A program made the position numbers and the translations under genes. Below are positions 17,626 to 31,000 of a DNA stretch of 64,000 nt, piece after piece. The notes beneath the pieces were generated by a model that saw only the letters and a list, made by a program, of their open reading frames with translations, made no database searches and had not been told where the DNA came from. The stretch's first letter is position 1. Every line of letters begins with the position of its first letter. Source of the stretch: Bugula neritina (taxonomy: Eukaryota; Animalia; Bryozoa); the NCBI GenBank assembly GCA_964035545.1, contig OZ037767.1:23080628-23144627 (forward strand), written 5' to 3'.

Positions 17626-19607
17626 TCTGTTATAACTTATAAGCCACCATCAACCTGTAGTATAAAGCATGAAAGTTATTGTAACTAATGCAAATGGAAA
17701 ATTTCAAATACCATAATTAATAATATTGCAACTTTCTTCATGAGCAGAACAACACCCAATATCTGAAAACACATAATGTTCAGTTTCTCAATTTCTGAAT
17801 TTTGACATTACAACTAAGCAGTTAAATTACAAGAAATTTACTTGAAATGCTGAGATGATTGATGCTCCCCTTTTTCTCAAAATATAGTCAGCAATAAGTT
17901 ATAGTACATCAAAAGGAAACTATATAAACTAATAAGCAAAGTGATTAAACATATTTTAGAGGCTAAATTAAAACGTTTCTAGTAGATGCAGAAGAACGAT
18001 TGACACCATTGGCGGTTAAGTTCATTGATTGACATATTATAAGGAGCTATGAGAACATAACTCCTAATTTCGCACACTGTGTCTGGCTACCACGTGCATA
18101 ATGGTAATTAATTATTTCAAGGTTATAGCCATTGAACCATAAGTTTTAGTTCACAGGTTATAACAAATGCTAGTTGTTTCGAAGTAACGTAGATGTATAT
18201 TTATTTCAAATTTCTTGATACAAAAGTAAATCAAAATGCTTTATTTGCACATGTTATTGGTTATTTTGTTGAAATCAAAGCTGCGCCGTAAAGTATTCTT
18301 CGTAAATCGCTAAAAGTAAATCACTAAATGTATAGCAATGTCAGAGTTTAACTCTGACAGTGACTCATAACTCATAAGTCATAAGACAAGTCATAATGAT
18401 AAAGTAAATAAAAGTGATAACCCAGTCCCATTGGCCACGGCCCAGCCCCATGTCCTTCACCATGGCCCATAATGATAATCATAATGGTAATCATAATGTT
18501 AATGATGTTGATAATCATATCACTATCATAATCATAGTGGCCGGTTGAAATGATTGCAATCAAAGTTTTGCTAGAATTCTACCTTACAGTGATTCACAGT
18601 TAGTGTTACGACTTAGTCTTACATCTTGAGTTACTGAATAACTGATATTATTAATACACAGGGTTTTCTCAATTTCTCCATTATTGCACCTAACTCAGAT
18701 TTAGATTAAGATTGATTTCAGAATCACGGTCATCATTATAATCATAATTAATTATTATTATTAATATTATAATTATTATCATCTCATGAAGCTTCACTGA
18801 TCAGTTGCAGTACTAGTACATTACTGATTACTACTAGTAGTGAACTAGTACTAGTAGTAGTACTAGTGGTAGTTGTATTTCAACTTGTTAGTTCATAGTT
18901 GTTACTCTTTTACTTGCAGTTACTTGTTGCCATTGGCTTTTTTTTAATATTTATTTACTTCTTATAGTAATAATAAATTCATTAGTCTTATTGGTTGATC
19001 ACTAACTCTAAGTCCTAGTCTAATCAGTATGAGTATCACTATGACTATGAGTGATGACCAAGTCTGATGACTAATGAGTAACACTTAGAGCAATACTGTT
19101 ATCACTAATTAGTAACTGTAATGCATAATGATAAGGATCATGATGAATACTAAATAGTAGTACTTACTTAGTATGTAAAGACTAATAAGTAATGATTATA
19201 ATTATGATATTGAAACTCATATCTACATCTATGCACACATATATGAATTATAGCTGACAAGCCACCTTTTAAATGCCCTATCTCTATATAAGCTACAAAA
19301 CATGCAGCCTGCAGTAACTATTGGAACTTGATTGTGTAAGGATTCATAGGAATTTAGAATAGCCTAATTTTTAGTTATATATTAGCATATAATATTACTT
19401 ATTAGTAGTATTGGGTATTTACATGTATAATTTAAAGGATTGCTCTATCTTGTCTAATAAATGGCCATTTAGGTCAAACACACATAGTATTGTGTTTTTC
19501 TAAGCATGCATTGACGAAAAGCATTTGACCAAAGGTAGAAAAAGTTAGTTGAAGTTGAGGGTGTAGATTGGTAACAGCCAAAACGCCGATTTTGAAATGA
19601 GCTGGGA

Positions 19608-19650
19608 AATGTCACGTAACAGCGCCAGCATTCCTGCTGGTCACGTGACT
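19608..19650. promoter_or_regulatory. E-box cluster including a perfect GTCACGTGAC palindrome (CLEAR/USF/MiT-type), in the probable SLC35E2 promoter region
   Basis: gtcacgtaac at 19611 and gtcacgtgac at 19640-19649, in a locally CpG-richer patch ~1 kb upstream of the first coding exon. Confidence 0.4.
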
Positions 19651-20633
19651 ATACAAATGAATAGCTATAGAAATATGACTGTGAGATGTGATCTTTCAGC
19701 TCGTAATTTGTATATTTATAGAAGTGCAAATGTGAATTATCTCAATCTATAGTTTTTTGACATTTTAAATAACATGTATGTGATAACATTAGGCCATATT
19801 TTGCTTGTAAACATTAGAAAAAAGCATTGCAAAAACACGCATTCTTTAGGATGAATGCCTGCGATCGATCTAAACTAGGTCAGATTGTGCAATATTACGG
19901 GCACATCAAAGCTGACCTATATAGCGCACTGTAACTGCTTGAGCGTTATTGGTTGATGTTGTGCTCAGCAACCTTGAATACTAGCGTTATAGTTAGCACG
20001 TGCAGCATAGTTACTGGCTTTCACACGTCACGTATTAGGCTATTCTTTTTCATGGCTGAAAATTTTACCTCCCCAAAATTGTAATTTTGAAAAGCTGTTT
20101 TCTAGGCACATATCCCTTTGCAAAGTCACAGTTGTTTGCATACACATTAGATTATAGTTCATAATTATAATGTGATTGTAATAAACTAAGATTGAGCAAT
20201 CCTTTAATACAATAATTATTATATGATATATTAATATATCAATATGTTACTAATATGAGCAAGTCTAAAACATTTAAGTACTTTAACCAGACCATAACTA
20301 GGCCTGTGATTTTTTATAGGAAACTCTGCAATATCTTGCATGAGCTTACAATAACCTATCATTTCTATAGGAATAATGATTACAACGAAGTAAATACAAT
20401 AAAAATGATGATTTTATAAGCAATTGGTATAGTTATGTAATATAAAAGTTATCTGGCACCAATTATCATGCGCTTTTCAAGAATCCCAATCAACTTTTAT
20501 ATGTGTTTAAATGAACTGCATGTAATTCAGCATATTTAATTATGTAATTAGTTACAACTTTTATACTATATAAATGTATTTTCAATATTCTAAGTTTACA
20601 GTTTGAATTTTTGCAGGATTTTGTTCAAAGTTT

Positions 20634-23600
20634 ATGGAAAGCCATTTGAGTCACGCAAATGAAAATGAAATTGAAGAATCCGAAAAAACTCTGACAGTGG
20701 TTACTTCTGCTATCAATAAATTGACAAATACAGAAAATGACAGCACTCTTCCAGTAACAATTTTCACTTCAAATTATAATATATTGTTGTACTAGCAATA
20801 TCATGTTTGTCACAAGAAAACATCAGCAATGACCAATATTGTATAGTAAAGTGAGTAAAAGAGTGAGTAGTATAGTGAACAGTAGAGTGGTTATTATGTA
20901 AATAGTATATTGAGTAATAGAGTGAGTAGTAGAGTGAGCAGTAGAGTGACTAGTAGAGTGAGTAGTAGAGTGACTAGTATAGTGAGTAGTAGAGTGTGTA
21001 GTGGAGTTAGTATTAGAGTTAGCTCATGTATTATTCTGCTGCAGGTCATCCCTAAGCTGAAGCAGTATGAATCTGTATCAATACAACATCACATTCAAGG
21101 GAGCCGGTCACCCACTAATTTCAAGGCTCTAATATATCTGGTGTTTTGGTACATGTTTAGTGCTGGCACACTCTTCTCAAATAAATATATTCTCTCTTAC
21201 CTGGATGGAAATCCCAGCCTTTTAGGTAAATCCTATACTGTGATGTATTCAGTAGTATCTCTTTAAACTCTCACGCAAAACTCATGTAGGTTTATAATCG
21301 CCATCCTTGTGAGAAACACTTGATAGAAAGGGCTTTTTGTTAAATCAGATGGAGCACAGGAGCAATTATGACTGGATGCTCTTCCCAACATCTCCAATGT
21401 CCTTTACTCAGGATCGAACCCATGACTCCATGTTCAATAAGCAAACGCTCTAACCCCTAGACCACAGCTGCTTCATAGCTTTAACTCTTCTACACTGTAG
21501 TTTAATCAGTTGTAACATTTCTATACTGTAGTATGTGTTTAGTAGTAGCGTTTATATACTGTAGTATGTGTAATAGTAACAATTCAATACTGTTTTATTG
21601 TTGCTTGTAATATTTGTATGTTGTAGGTTGTTCACAAGTTTGTGTGACTACAGTGTGTGGTTATTTCCAGCTCCGATTATGTACCAATATTAGGAGAAAA
21701 CATATACAGAAATCAACTTTTGTATTTAACATAGTGCTTCTAGGTGCTATGAGGTTAGTCTAACACCATACACTGTGTAGTTTATATGACATACACTCTA
21801 TAGTATAATATAAGAATAGCAATAATAAAATTTATATATGTTGGTGTTGATTAATTGATAATTGCCACGCCACTATTAGAGTATCTTTGAATTGTGTATT
21901 GGTTACTAGATAAACACTTTAATGAATTGATTCAGGTTTGTTCATTCAACTTGATTTGCAGGTGAAAAATAGACTACATGCCTTTTAAGCTGAGTGGGTA
22001 ATTGCAAACCCTAAATTGTCTACTTAATTTTCACAATTCATCCATAAAGATTTACATCATAAAATTGCCTTTCAGTTAATTAAACTGGCTGAACACTCTA
22101 TCATAAGTCCACTGTACAATTACTTTCTAATATCAAAATGTGATTCACATAGTTAATTGATGCTCTTCTAGTAACTTATTTCGAGTAGAAAGTTTAAAAT
22201 AGTTGAAAGAATTATTCATTTGTAATTATTCTGAAAATTTGCTAAGAAAGTAATTTTAAGACAACATTTCTGTCAGTTGTTATTATAATGCTAGAAGACT
22301 CCAGGGAATTTTCTACTCAATCAAATTGAATTTTGAGCTGAAAATCATGAATCGTGTTATTTCCAATTAAATCGTAATGACTTCAGCTGCGCTTTAGCAG
22401 AAAAATACTTTATCAAGTGAGTAGACCCTTTTACTGCTTTACAGTATACAAGACTAAGCTGGGCTAAGTAACTAGATACTGGCTTGTAGTAAACAACTGC
22501 GTAAAGAGACCTTAGTCATTGAGTACATTTGATACTTTAAATTTTCAATAATTGCTTTCAACCTTCTCATCTTTTATTATTTTATGTAGTTCACTTTTAT
22601 TACAGAGCTGTTTACATTCTGCCTAATGTTGGGTGCTCACTGTTGCTAGTTAAAGCACCTATCAAGCTGTTTGACTCTTCCAGCATTTAAACCCTCTACT
22701 CTTTGGCTGTTTGTAGATTTACTACGGTGGTGCTCGGTCTAGTTGCCCTCAAGTATGTCTCTGTGTCATTCACAGAGACTATCAAGTCATCTGCCCCTGT
22801 ATTTACTGTACTCATAGCGTGGCTAATATTGAAGGAAAGAACTCATTTCTGTGGTTAGTTTCTCACTTCTGTCAGGTATGCTGATTGGACAATTCTTGAC
22901 CAATGAAATTTCTGCAGCACCTACTGAATATGTTGCAGTTAAAAAATTTTTAGCGGATGAAGCTAGATTTGTATGCCTGGTCTAATTTAGCCGGCAGCAG
23001 TGTATTCTCAGGGATGAATATCCTCTGTAATGAAGGATTAGTAACACTGCAATAACCAGTGGTTTAGGTTTTCTCCACTGTAGATATTGTATTCCAGTTC
23101 TCTCAATGTTCAGTTTTCATCATGAGTTTTCTTTTGATATTTAAATTTTAAATTGTAAAACAAAAGTTGTCTCCCCAAAACCCCTCCCTCTTCTCATCTA
23201 CATAGTGCATTTACCTAATTTTATGCTTTGTAGTTATCTTCTCTCTCATACCTATCATGGTTGGACTTGGCCTAACTAGTGCTTTCGACCTCAGCTTCAA
23301 CATCATAGGGTTCTGTGCTGCTATGACCAACAATGTCACTGACTGGTAAGTTCTATTTATACACAGAGTGATGCCAGTACACTAGATTAGTAAATACTTA
23401 TACACAGTATAAGTATTTTATTCTCCTAGTAATAACCTGATATATTATGTTTCCAGTTTACAGAATGTCTTCTCTAAGCTATTGCTGAGTGACGCTGAAT
23501 ATCGAGTCCAGTAAGTTTATTTATTATGTCTTCATTTATATTCTATCTCTGCGTTTCTATTGCTTCTCGAATGGATGCTGTATGGATGAATTTGTGGTTT

Positions 23601-25245
23601 CGGTTTGCATGAACTTATGGTTGTGATTTCATTTGATGCAAATGTTTTCAAACATCGAACGAAAAAGCCATATGCAAAGCTTGGAGAGTAGAGTATGTGG
23701 AGTTTTGTTATTTTTGTGTATCTTGTGTTTTTATTGGCTGGCTCTAATGTACCTATTAGCCATTTTTCTGCAACTGGTTTTAAACAATATTAGTAATTTT
23801 GATTGCTTTTTTACTTCTAATATGAGAGTTTAATGAGGAGCTGTTGCTCCATTTCCCAAAGTTCTGTTGTAATATGCTTGTATTTGTATTCAACACAATT
23901 CTTAGAGTGTGTACTACTATCATATGTCATCGCTATGGCAACAATTCAAATGGTTCTTGTTTTTGGTGATGTGACAGCTTTTATGAACTGCACATGGTAA
24001 ATGTTATGTGTTGACTATACTCAGCAGGTGCTCTCACTGCACATAGTAGATGTTATGTGTTGACTATACTCGGCAGGTGCTCTTACTGCACATAGTAGAT
24101 GTTATGTGTTGGCTATACTCAGCAGGTGCTCTCACTGCACATAGTAGATGTTATGTGTTGACTATACCCAGCAGGTGCTCTCACTGCACATAGTAGACGT
24201 TATGTGTTGGCTATACTCAGCAGGTGCTCTCACTGCACATAGTAGATGTTATGTGTTGGCTATACTCAGCAGGTGCTCTCACTGCATATAGTAGATGTTA
24301 TGTGTTGACTATACCCAGCAGGTGCTCTCACTGCACATAGTAGATGTTATGTGTTGGCTATACTCAGCAGGTGCTCTCACTGCATATAGTAGATGTTATG
24401 TGTTGACTATACCCAGCAGGTGCTCTCACTGCATATAGTAGATGTTATGTGTTGGCTATACTCAGCAGGTGCTCTCACTGCATATAGTAGATGTTATGTG
24501 TTGACTATGCTCAGCAGGTGCTCTCACTGCACATAGTAGATGTTATGTGTTGGCTATGCTCAGCAGGTGCTCTCACTGCACATAGTAGATGTTATGTGTT
24601 GACTATGCTCAGCAGGTGCTCTCACTGCACATAGTAGATGTTATGTGTTGAAAGGAGTATGATATATCTATGTTTTAGTCCAGCAGAGCTACAGTTTTAT
24701 ACAAGTGTGGCCTCAGTCCTACTGCAACTACCTCTAACTCTGCTTGTCATTGACTTTACGCAGCTGAAGAAAGACCTCAGTGGAGTTCTGGTAGTTTATC
24801 TCCTAATCAATGGTATATTCTTCCATCTGCAAAGCTTCACTGCTTACTCCCTAATGAAAGTTATTTCCCCTGTGACTCACAGGTGAGTTTTTATTCCACG
24901 TTATATTATTAATGATTATCTGTATGCATTAGGTCCAATAGCTGCATTTTATTCTTTATATAAAGTTAAACTGATAAACAATGATGTCTTAACCGAACTA
25001 ATTATTTCTTTATCTTTTGCAGTGTGGCAAATACAGTGAAGAGAGCCTTGCTTATTACTATATCCATTCCCATATTTGGCAATGCTGTAACCCCGCTCAG
25101 TGCCGTTGGCATGGTCATAGTGGTGTTTGGAGTCATGTTGTATAACCAGGCTAAGCACTGCTACTCTCCTGTTGACAACAATAAACAAGTGCCCTCTGAA
25201 ACTCTCCGCCATTCACCAGGTTCCTCTTCTGACAGTCCGTCATAG
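20634..25245 (+). CDS. SLC35E2: Solute carrier family 35 member E2 (TPT-family nucleotide-sugar-type transporter), ~385 aa
   Basis: Exons 20634-20753, 21045-21225, 21627-21753, 22717-22853, 23234-23345, 23457-23510, 24679-24882, 25023-25245 (1158 nt, in frame). Motifs WYMFSAGTLFSNKYIL, RFTTVVLGLVALKYVSVSFTETIKSSAPVFTV, LQNVFSK, PAELQFYTS, ISPVTHSVANTVKRALLI. The first donor (gtaaca) is weak. Confidence 0.9.
20850..21020. repeat. Degenerate 12-bp tandem repeat (gtagagtgagta)
   Basis: Intronic repeat that produces the spurious SSRV-repeat start of ORF 20910. Confidence 0.85.
21275..21473 (-). mobile_element. tRNA-derived SINE, copy 1
   Basis: Minus-strand head gcagctgtggtctaggggttagagcg...ggttcgatcc has Pol III A and B boxes. 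The core ggaagagcatccagtcataattgctcctgtgc is shared with three other copies. Confidence 0.8.
23987..24650. repeat. 49-bp minisatellite, ~13.5 copies, in an SLC35E2 intron
   Basis: Unit actgcacatagtagatgttatgtgttgactatactcagcaggtgctctc. The array ends 28 bp before the exon starting at 24679. Confidence 0.95.
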
Positions 25246-26448
25246 TCTAAGTAGCCCGCCCATCTTCTCAAGACATTCAAGCTTTAATTTTCTGGTTTGT
25301 TCCGGTTCGCCATTGCCTGTTTTTACACACATAGAGAACTGGATTCAAATATAATTAAATAGTATAAAATCTCTAATGGCAACGAAATTCAACATATCCA
25401 CTGGTGTTTTAGATCAGCCAATGTGGGTGAAGCTAGTCACTAGTTCATTAGTCTGTTGACTATTTAACATCATATGTAATAATAACATGTTCTATCTTCG
25501 TTAGAATTAGAAGAATATATGCAACTGATAGTTGTCCCCTCTTTTTAGAATACTATATTTTACGTCAGTTAGAACTTGTAGTAGAAAGTTTAATCCTTTA
25601 TTCGTAAGTGCTCAGACACTCCTCACTATTGGGCCGGCTAATAGTGATACCCCTTCCCTATAAAAGATAACTGGGGTTGTCATCCATTTTATTTTTAGCT
25701 TAGGATAAATTTTGATAATTTGATCTGTTAACTAATCAAGTCTTTTTTACACACTTATAATATTCAGAATAGTTTTATTAAATTGTTTGACATTTTAATT
25801 GGAGTTATCATTCCTATCAGACATGCCAGTTACTAAGTAGCAGTAAATATAAAAAAACTGACAATTTACCGGCATATTTCAATGGTGCTATATACTTCGC
25901 AGGTTTGTCTGTTTATTTGATTTAAAATTTGCATTGTATTTTGCATTTTTATTTTTTTAGCAAAAGATTGTAAAATTCTAGTTATTATTCAAGTGTCATT
26001 TTCTTACAAATAAAGAGCTTCCATGCAATACTATCAGCTATTTTATTGTGTTATAAAGTCGGATTTGTTGTATCTTTCTACATGGGTGTTATTTTTGGAT
26101 GCAGTTTCTCAAAGATAACATGCTAATGAGTATGAAGCTGAAGGAAAATATAACACTGCTTGTTATTGAACTGAAGTTATTTCTATTGCTTCTTTGAATA
26201 ATTTTCTTGGAGCCTAATGTTTGCTATTAGATATCATTACAGCTTTGCATTGTATTATAAGATGTCAGTATTGATTATTGGATTGTATTATGTTGATCTT
26301 CACCTATCTCATCTTCATTGATCTTGGCTCTTCCCAAGCAATTTCAAAGGTAATTGTAGAGTGTCATCTGTATTGTCTTACTGATTGTTGTCAACTAGCC
26401 TACACCACACTCATTAGCTACTGCTCTCTCATTCCGAAAGCTGCCAAT

Positions 26449-27962
26449 ATGGCCAGAGCAACTGTAAATCTATTCAGCATCCTATTAGTCATTGTATCCA
26501 GTGAGTACATCATGTAGTTGAACTTTATGTTATAAGATAATAACTCTTCTGTGAATGCTGTGTGTGCATGTTACCTGAGTTTATATTTATTTTGTAGTAC
26601 TACACCTTGGTGAAGGAGAAAAAGAGGTAAAGTTGGCTGAGTGTAAGTATAGCACCATTATGTACATTATTCATTACGTCTTCATGCATTGAGTCGATCT
26701 GTATGGTATGCTCGGATTACATTTAATGGAAGACCTCAGGTTCACATGGCTGTGGCTTCACTCGATTGACACTGTTTCCATGCATCGAATGAAAAATCCA
26801 TTCGCATAATACGCAGCATGGAGAGCAATGATTTGCTCTTGTGACTTCAATTGTATAGTGACTTCTGCTTAGGAGCTATTCACTCTTTTTAGTCTGATAA
26901 TGTTGTTACAGCAAGTTAATAGGATTATTATTGTACATTTAGCATCAAAAAGTAAAGTTCGTCTTGTTAGATGTACGGTCACACCAGACTAAGCCTGCAC
27001 TGGTATTGCAAAATAATTTCGACTTACTTTTCTCATATGTGTAGCTGAATGTGCCGGGTACCAACATAACGTCACCAGTGATGCCGGCAGTCTAGCCAGC
27101 TATCAAGACGGCGCTACAGGAAAATATCAGGCCAACTGTTCATGGACAGTCTTTGTACAAACTAGTTCTGGTCATCCAGTGTCTTTCAAATTCTCCAAAC
27201 TTGATCTCTCAGTCGGAGATGAAGTTAGGGTAAGTAAACTGTCATGTGTAAGTTTCTCTATGTGTAAGTTGATGTAGCATATAGGTTATTATAGTAGGTA
27301 AGCTATTGCGGTGTGTAAGATAATGTGTTACTACAGCTAAAACTCACGCAAGTTTATAGTCGCCATCTCTGTGAGAAACCTCTGGTAGAAAGCATTTTTG
27401 TTAAATTGGGCTAAGGACTTATTCAGATGGGGCACAGGAGCAATTATGATGGATGCTCTTCCTAACATCACCAATGGCCTTTGTCGGGGGTTCGAACCCA
27501 TGACTTTGTGCTTACTAAGCAAACGCTCTAACCCCTTGACCACTGCTGCGCTCTGGAGTTAGAGCAAGTTAACTGTCGTATGTATTACTCTATGTGTAAG
27601 TTATTATCGCGCATAGGTTATTGTAGTATGCAGTGTGCAAGTTAATGTGTTACTACAGCTAGGTTCTTGGAATATACCAGTCTAGTCTGAGCTGTGTTAC
27701 TGCAGGTATATGATGATAGTTCCTACAACAAGCAGTGGGTACAAGGCAAGGCCCCACCTGATGACTTTGTAGAGCTGACTTCTAACTCTTTTACTGTCAA
27801 CTTCACATCTGACAGCTCTTATGAGTCTGAAGGGTTGAAGATTGTCTGGCAACACGTAATACCTGCGGGATTTTTGACTACAATCTGTAAGTTAGTCTCA
27901 CAGGTAACACTTGGTATCAAGCATTAGCATTGTGTTGTATATTATATATATGTGTATGTGTG

Positions 27963-28030
<68 letters not shown>

Positions 28031-31000
28031 TGTATGTAATTTAGTTGAAATGAGCGTTAGAATTTGTCCATCATTTTGCATTTTGTTAGAACTAATTTCA
28101 TCTAATATACAATCATTATGTAACATCTTATGCAACACAAAATTAGGTAAAAAGTTATACATGTTTGCCATGTTATGGAGCACTTGCCTGACCTTGTATG
28201 AAAACCTTAGCAGTGATTCTTTAAATCTATAATTATTCAAACCAGATGTTAATTTTCATTACATTATCTGCAGTATAAAACACAATAGTATATTTAGACT
28301 AAGTATAGGTTATTCTTCTAGTTCCGACTGATGTAGAGTACCGCAATGTCTTACCCGATTCCCGTGTCTACATCCAGAGTCCCAACTACCCGGATATTTA
28401 TGACCCCAACACGATAAAACACTGGGTACTGCTGGCCCCGGAGGGGGAGAGAATCATCTTTATATTCAAATATTTTAAAACAGAAGTCAGTGACAAACTG
28501 AAGGTAGGCTTATAGTAGGCTTCACTCTATACTAGAGTATATTGTTGTCAGTACTCTAGCAGTACTGTATGTTCTATATACTGTGCCATACTGTACTAGT
28601 ACTATATACTATATACTAGTACGTGGTTGTATTACACACTCTATACACTGTGTGATGGTATTATAAACTGTATACTAGCACTGTGGTTGCACTATATACT
28701 GTACCCTAATACTGTACTAGTAGTATATACTGTATAAACTGGGCTAGTGCTATATGTTGTATACTAATACTGTGGTAGTAATATAATATACTCTATAGTC
28801 TGTATTATATTCTATATACTCCATATAATCTATATAATCTATACACTATATATAATCTATACACTATATATACTCTATACACTCTATATACTCTATACAC
28901 TCTATACACTCTATATAGTATATACTCTATACATTTTATATACACTATATATTATACTCAACTAATACCTGCGTGACATTGTGCAGATATATTCTGGTGA
29001 AGATCAGTTTAATGAAGAGCTGATAGGAGAATACTCTGACAACTTGAATCGCCAACTTCCACCTCGTCTAATCTCCACCACCAATTATGTTCATCTTCAC
29101 TTCCAATCAGACAACTATTTGAATGCTAAAGGGTTCAGTATTGAGTACTCAATATACCAGTCAGGTACTGAGTCTCCCACCGAGTCACCAAAGAAAGGTC
29201 TTGAGCCAGCTGGTATGTAGTCTGTGCTACCAAGTGTAGTTGTAATGTCTCCAGGCTTTCTATTCATGAATGCAACTCTTCTTTAGTTTCAAGGATTTCG
29301 GTTACACCAGTCACTCTAGTAACAGAGTGTAAAAACATTCCCTTTGTTATATAATATATGTACATGTACATATATAGCACTCTGCTGTGATTGACCTCTC
29401 TAATAATAGTCACAAACTCAAGCTGCTGGCATTATGCAAGGCTCGTGACTCCTAGAGTCACTTGAGCTCTCTGGCTTAAGTTTACATACTTTTTAAATAT
29501 GCCTTAGTAGAAACATAAGTTTCTACTATTGCGAAGGTGTGGGCCATGGTACTCTGTTCTGTTAAGGACAAACCCTGGATCAGTCACTGCACACATATTG
29601 AGATATATGCTTATACATAATTATTTTTTTGCAGTTACTGCGGTAATCATAGTACTGACACTGCTACTTGTGGCAGCATTAACTGCTATCCTTGTCTACA
29701 TGTTCTATTACAAACCCAAAAAAGAAGCTGAAAAGACTGAACAGACTGCATTGTATTCTAAGAATTCAGGTACTGTTGGCTCATTATTACGTGTCATATG
29801 TGATATTTGTGCTCATATTATAATATACGCTGCAAACATACTATTAGCTCTGTATAGGTTGCTGGTGAGATGTTGCCCGCTTTTTTGTTTAGATAAATCT
29901 GTTTGCTTAATCTCATTGTTTTTGTTTTTGTTTGTTGACAATCTGCTTATTGTTTGTAATTGCTGCTAGGGTGTTCTGTTGCAGCATACACTGATGACTT
30001 GGGAGTCGTGATACGACCAGGGACATCTTCAGGACGTCTTTTTGCAGCAGAAGATCACTTTCTTACTGAGACGGAGCGACCAGGTACTGCTGCGGGAAGA
30101 CCAGGTACTGCCACGGGAAGACCAGGTACTGCTGCGGGAAGACCAGGTACTGCCACGGGAAGACCAGGTACTGCTGCAGGAAGACCAGGTACTGCCACGG
30201 GAAGACCAGGTACTGCTGCGGGAAGACCAGGTACTGCTGCTGGACGACCAGGTACTGCTGTTAGAAGACCAGGTACTGCTGATGGAAGACCAGGTACTGC
30301 TGTTGGAAGACCAGGTAATGCTGATGGAAGACCAGGTACTGCTGATGGAAGACCAGGTACTGCTGATGGAAGACCAGGTACTGCTGTTGGAAGACCAGGT
30401 AATGCTGATGGAAGACCAGGTACTGCTGATGGAAGACCAGGTACATATATGCATAGTGTGCTTCATGAAGATGCTTTTTCATTATAATACAAAAATTTTG
30501 AGCAATATTTAAAGCATGTAAAATAAAGCATTGGTTCACATTACAGCATCTGGCCACCTTAGGGTTCCATCTGACAGACCAGGTACTTCTGTTAAAACTG
30601 GCTCTACAGAAGGTATTATTACGTTCTTCAGTGTTTAGTCAGTAGTCTACTAGCTGAATTATCTGCTTGCACACCAGTCATACTTAAAGTAACTAATTAT
30701 TTAAACAACTAATCAGTAGCCATTATTGATACTGGTAGTTATATTCATTGCTATTACTTTCTTGCTAAAATGTGATGTATGAATTTATATGGCATTTACT
30801 TACATTCTATTATGACTTAAGACTGATTTGTTATATAATAAGTTGTATTAAGTTATTTTCAAACTAATAAAGCTTCAATAGTCAGCTGCTAATCAAAGTG
30901 ATCAAAGTTTGGTGGGGTACTGCGTAACTCCTACCTTTAGTCACAGCCTGTTATAAGAGCAAATCTAATTTCTTGTAGAAAGTAAAAAACTTGTAAAGCC

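Noticed and set aside
18350-19210. Coding or structured element in the actagt/tcataa-rich stretch
   Set aside because: Low-complexity sequence with no consistent period, credible ORF or stable pairing.
23987-24650. CRISPR-like array
   Set aside because: Head-to-tail 49-bp units without unique spacers, in a eukaryotic intron, with no cas genes.
30029-30557. Alternative-frame repeat ORFs (EDQVLL, STWSS, YLVFHQQ)
   Set aside because: By-products of the 21-bp repeat. Only the RPGTA frame matches the flanking exon phases.
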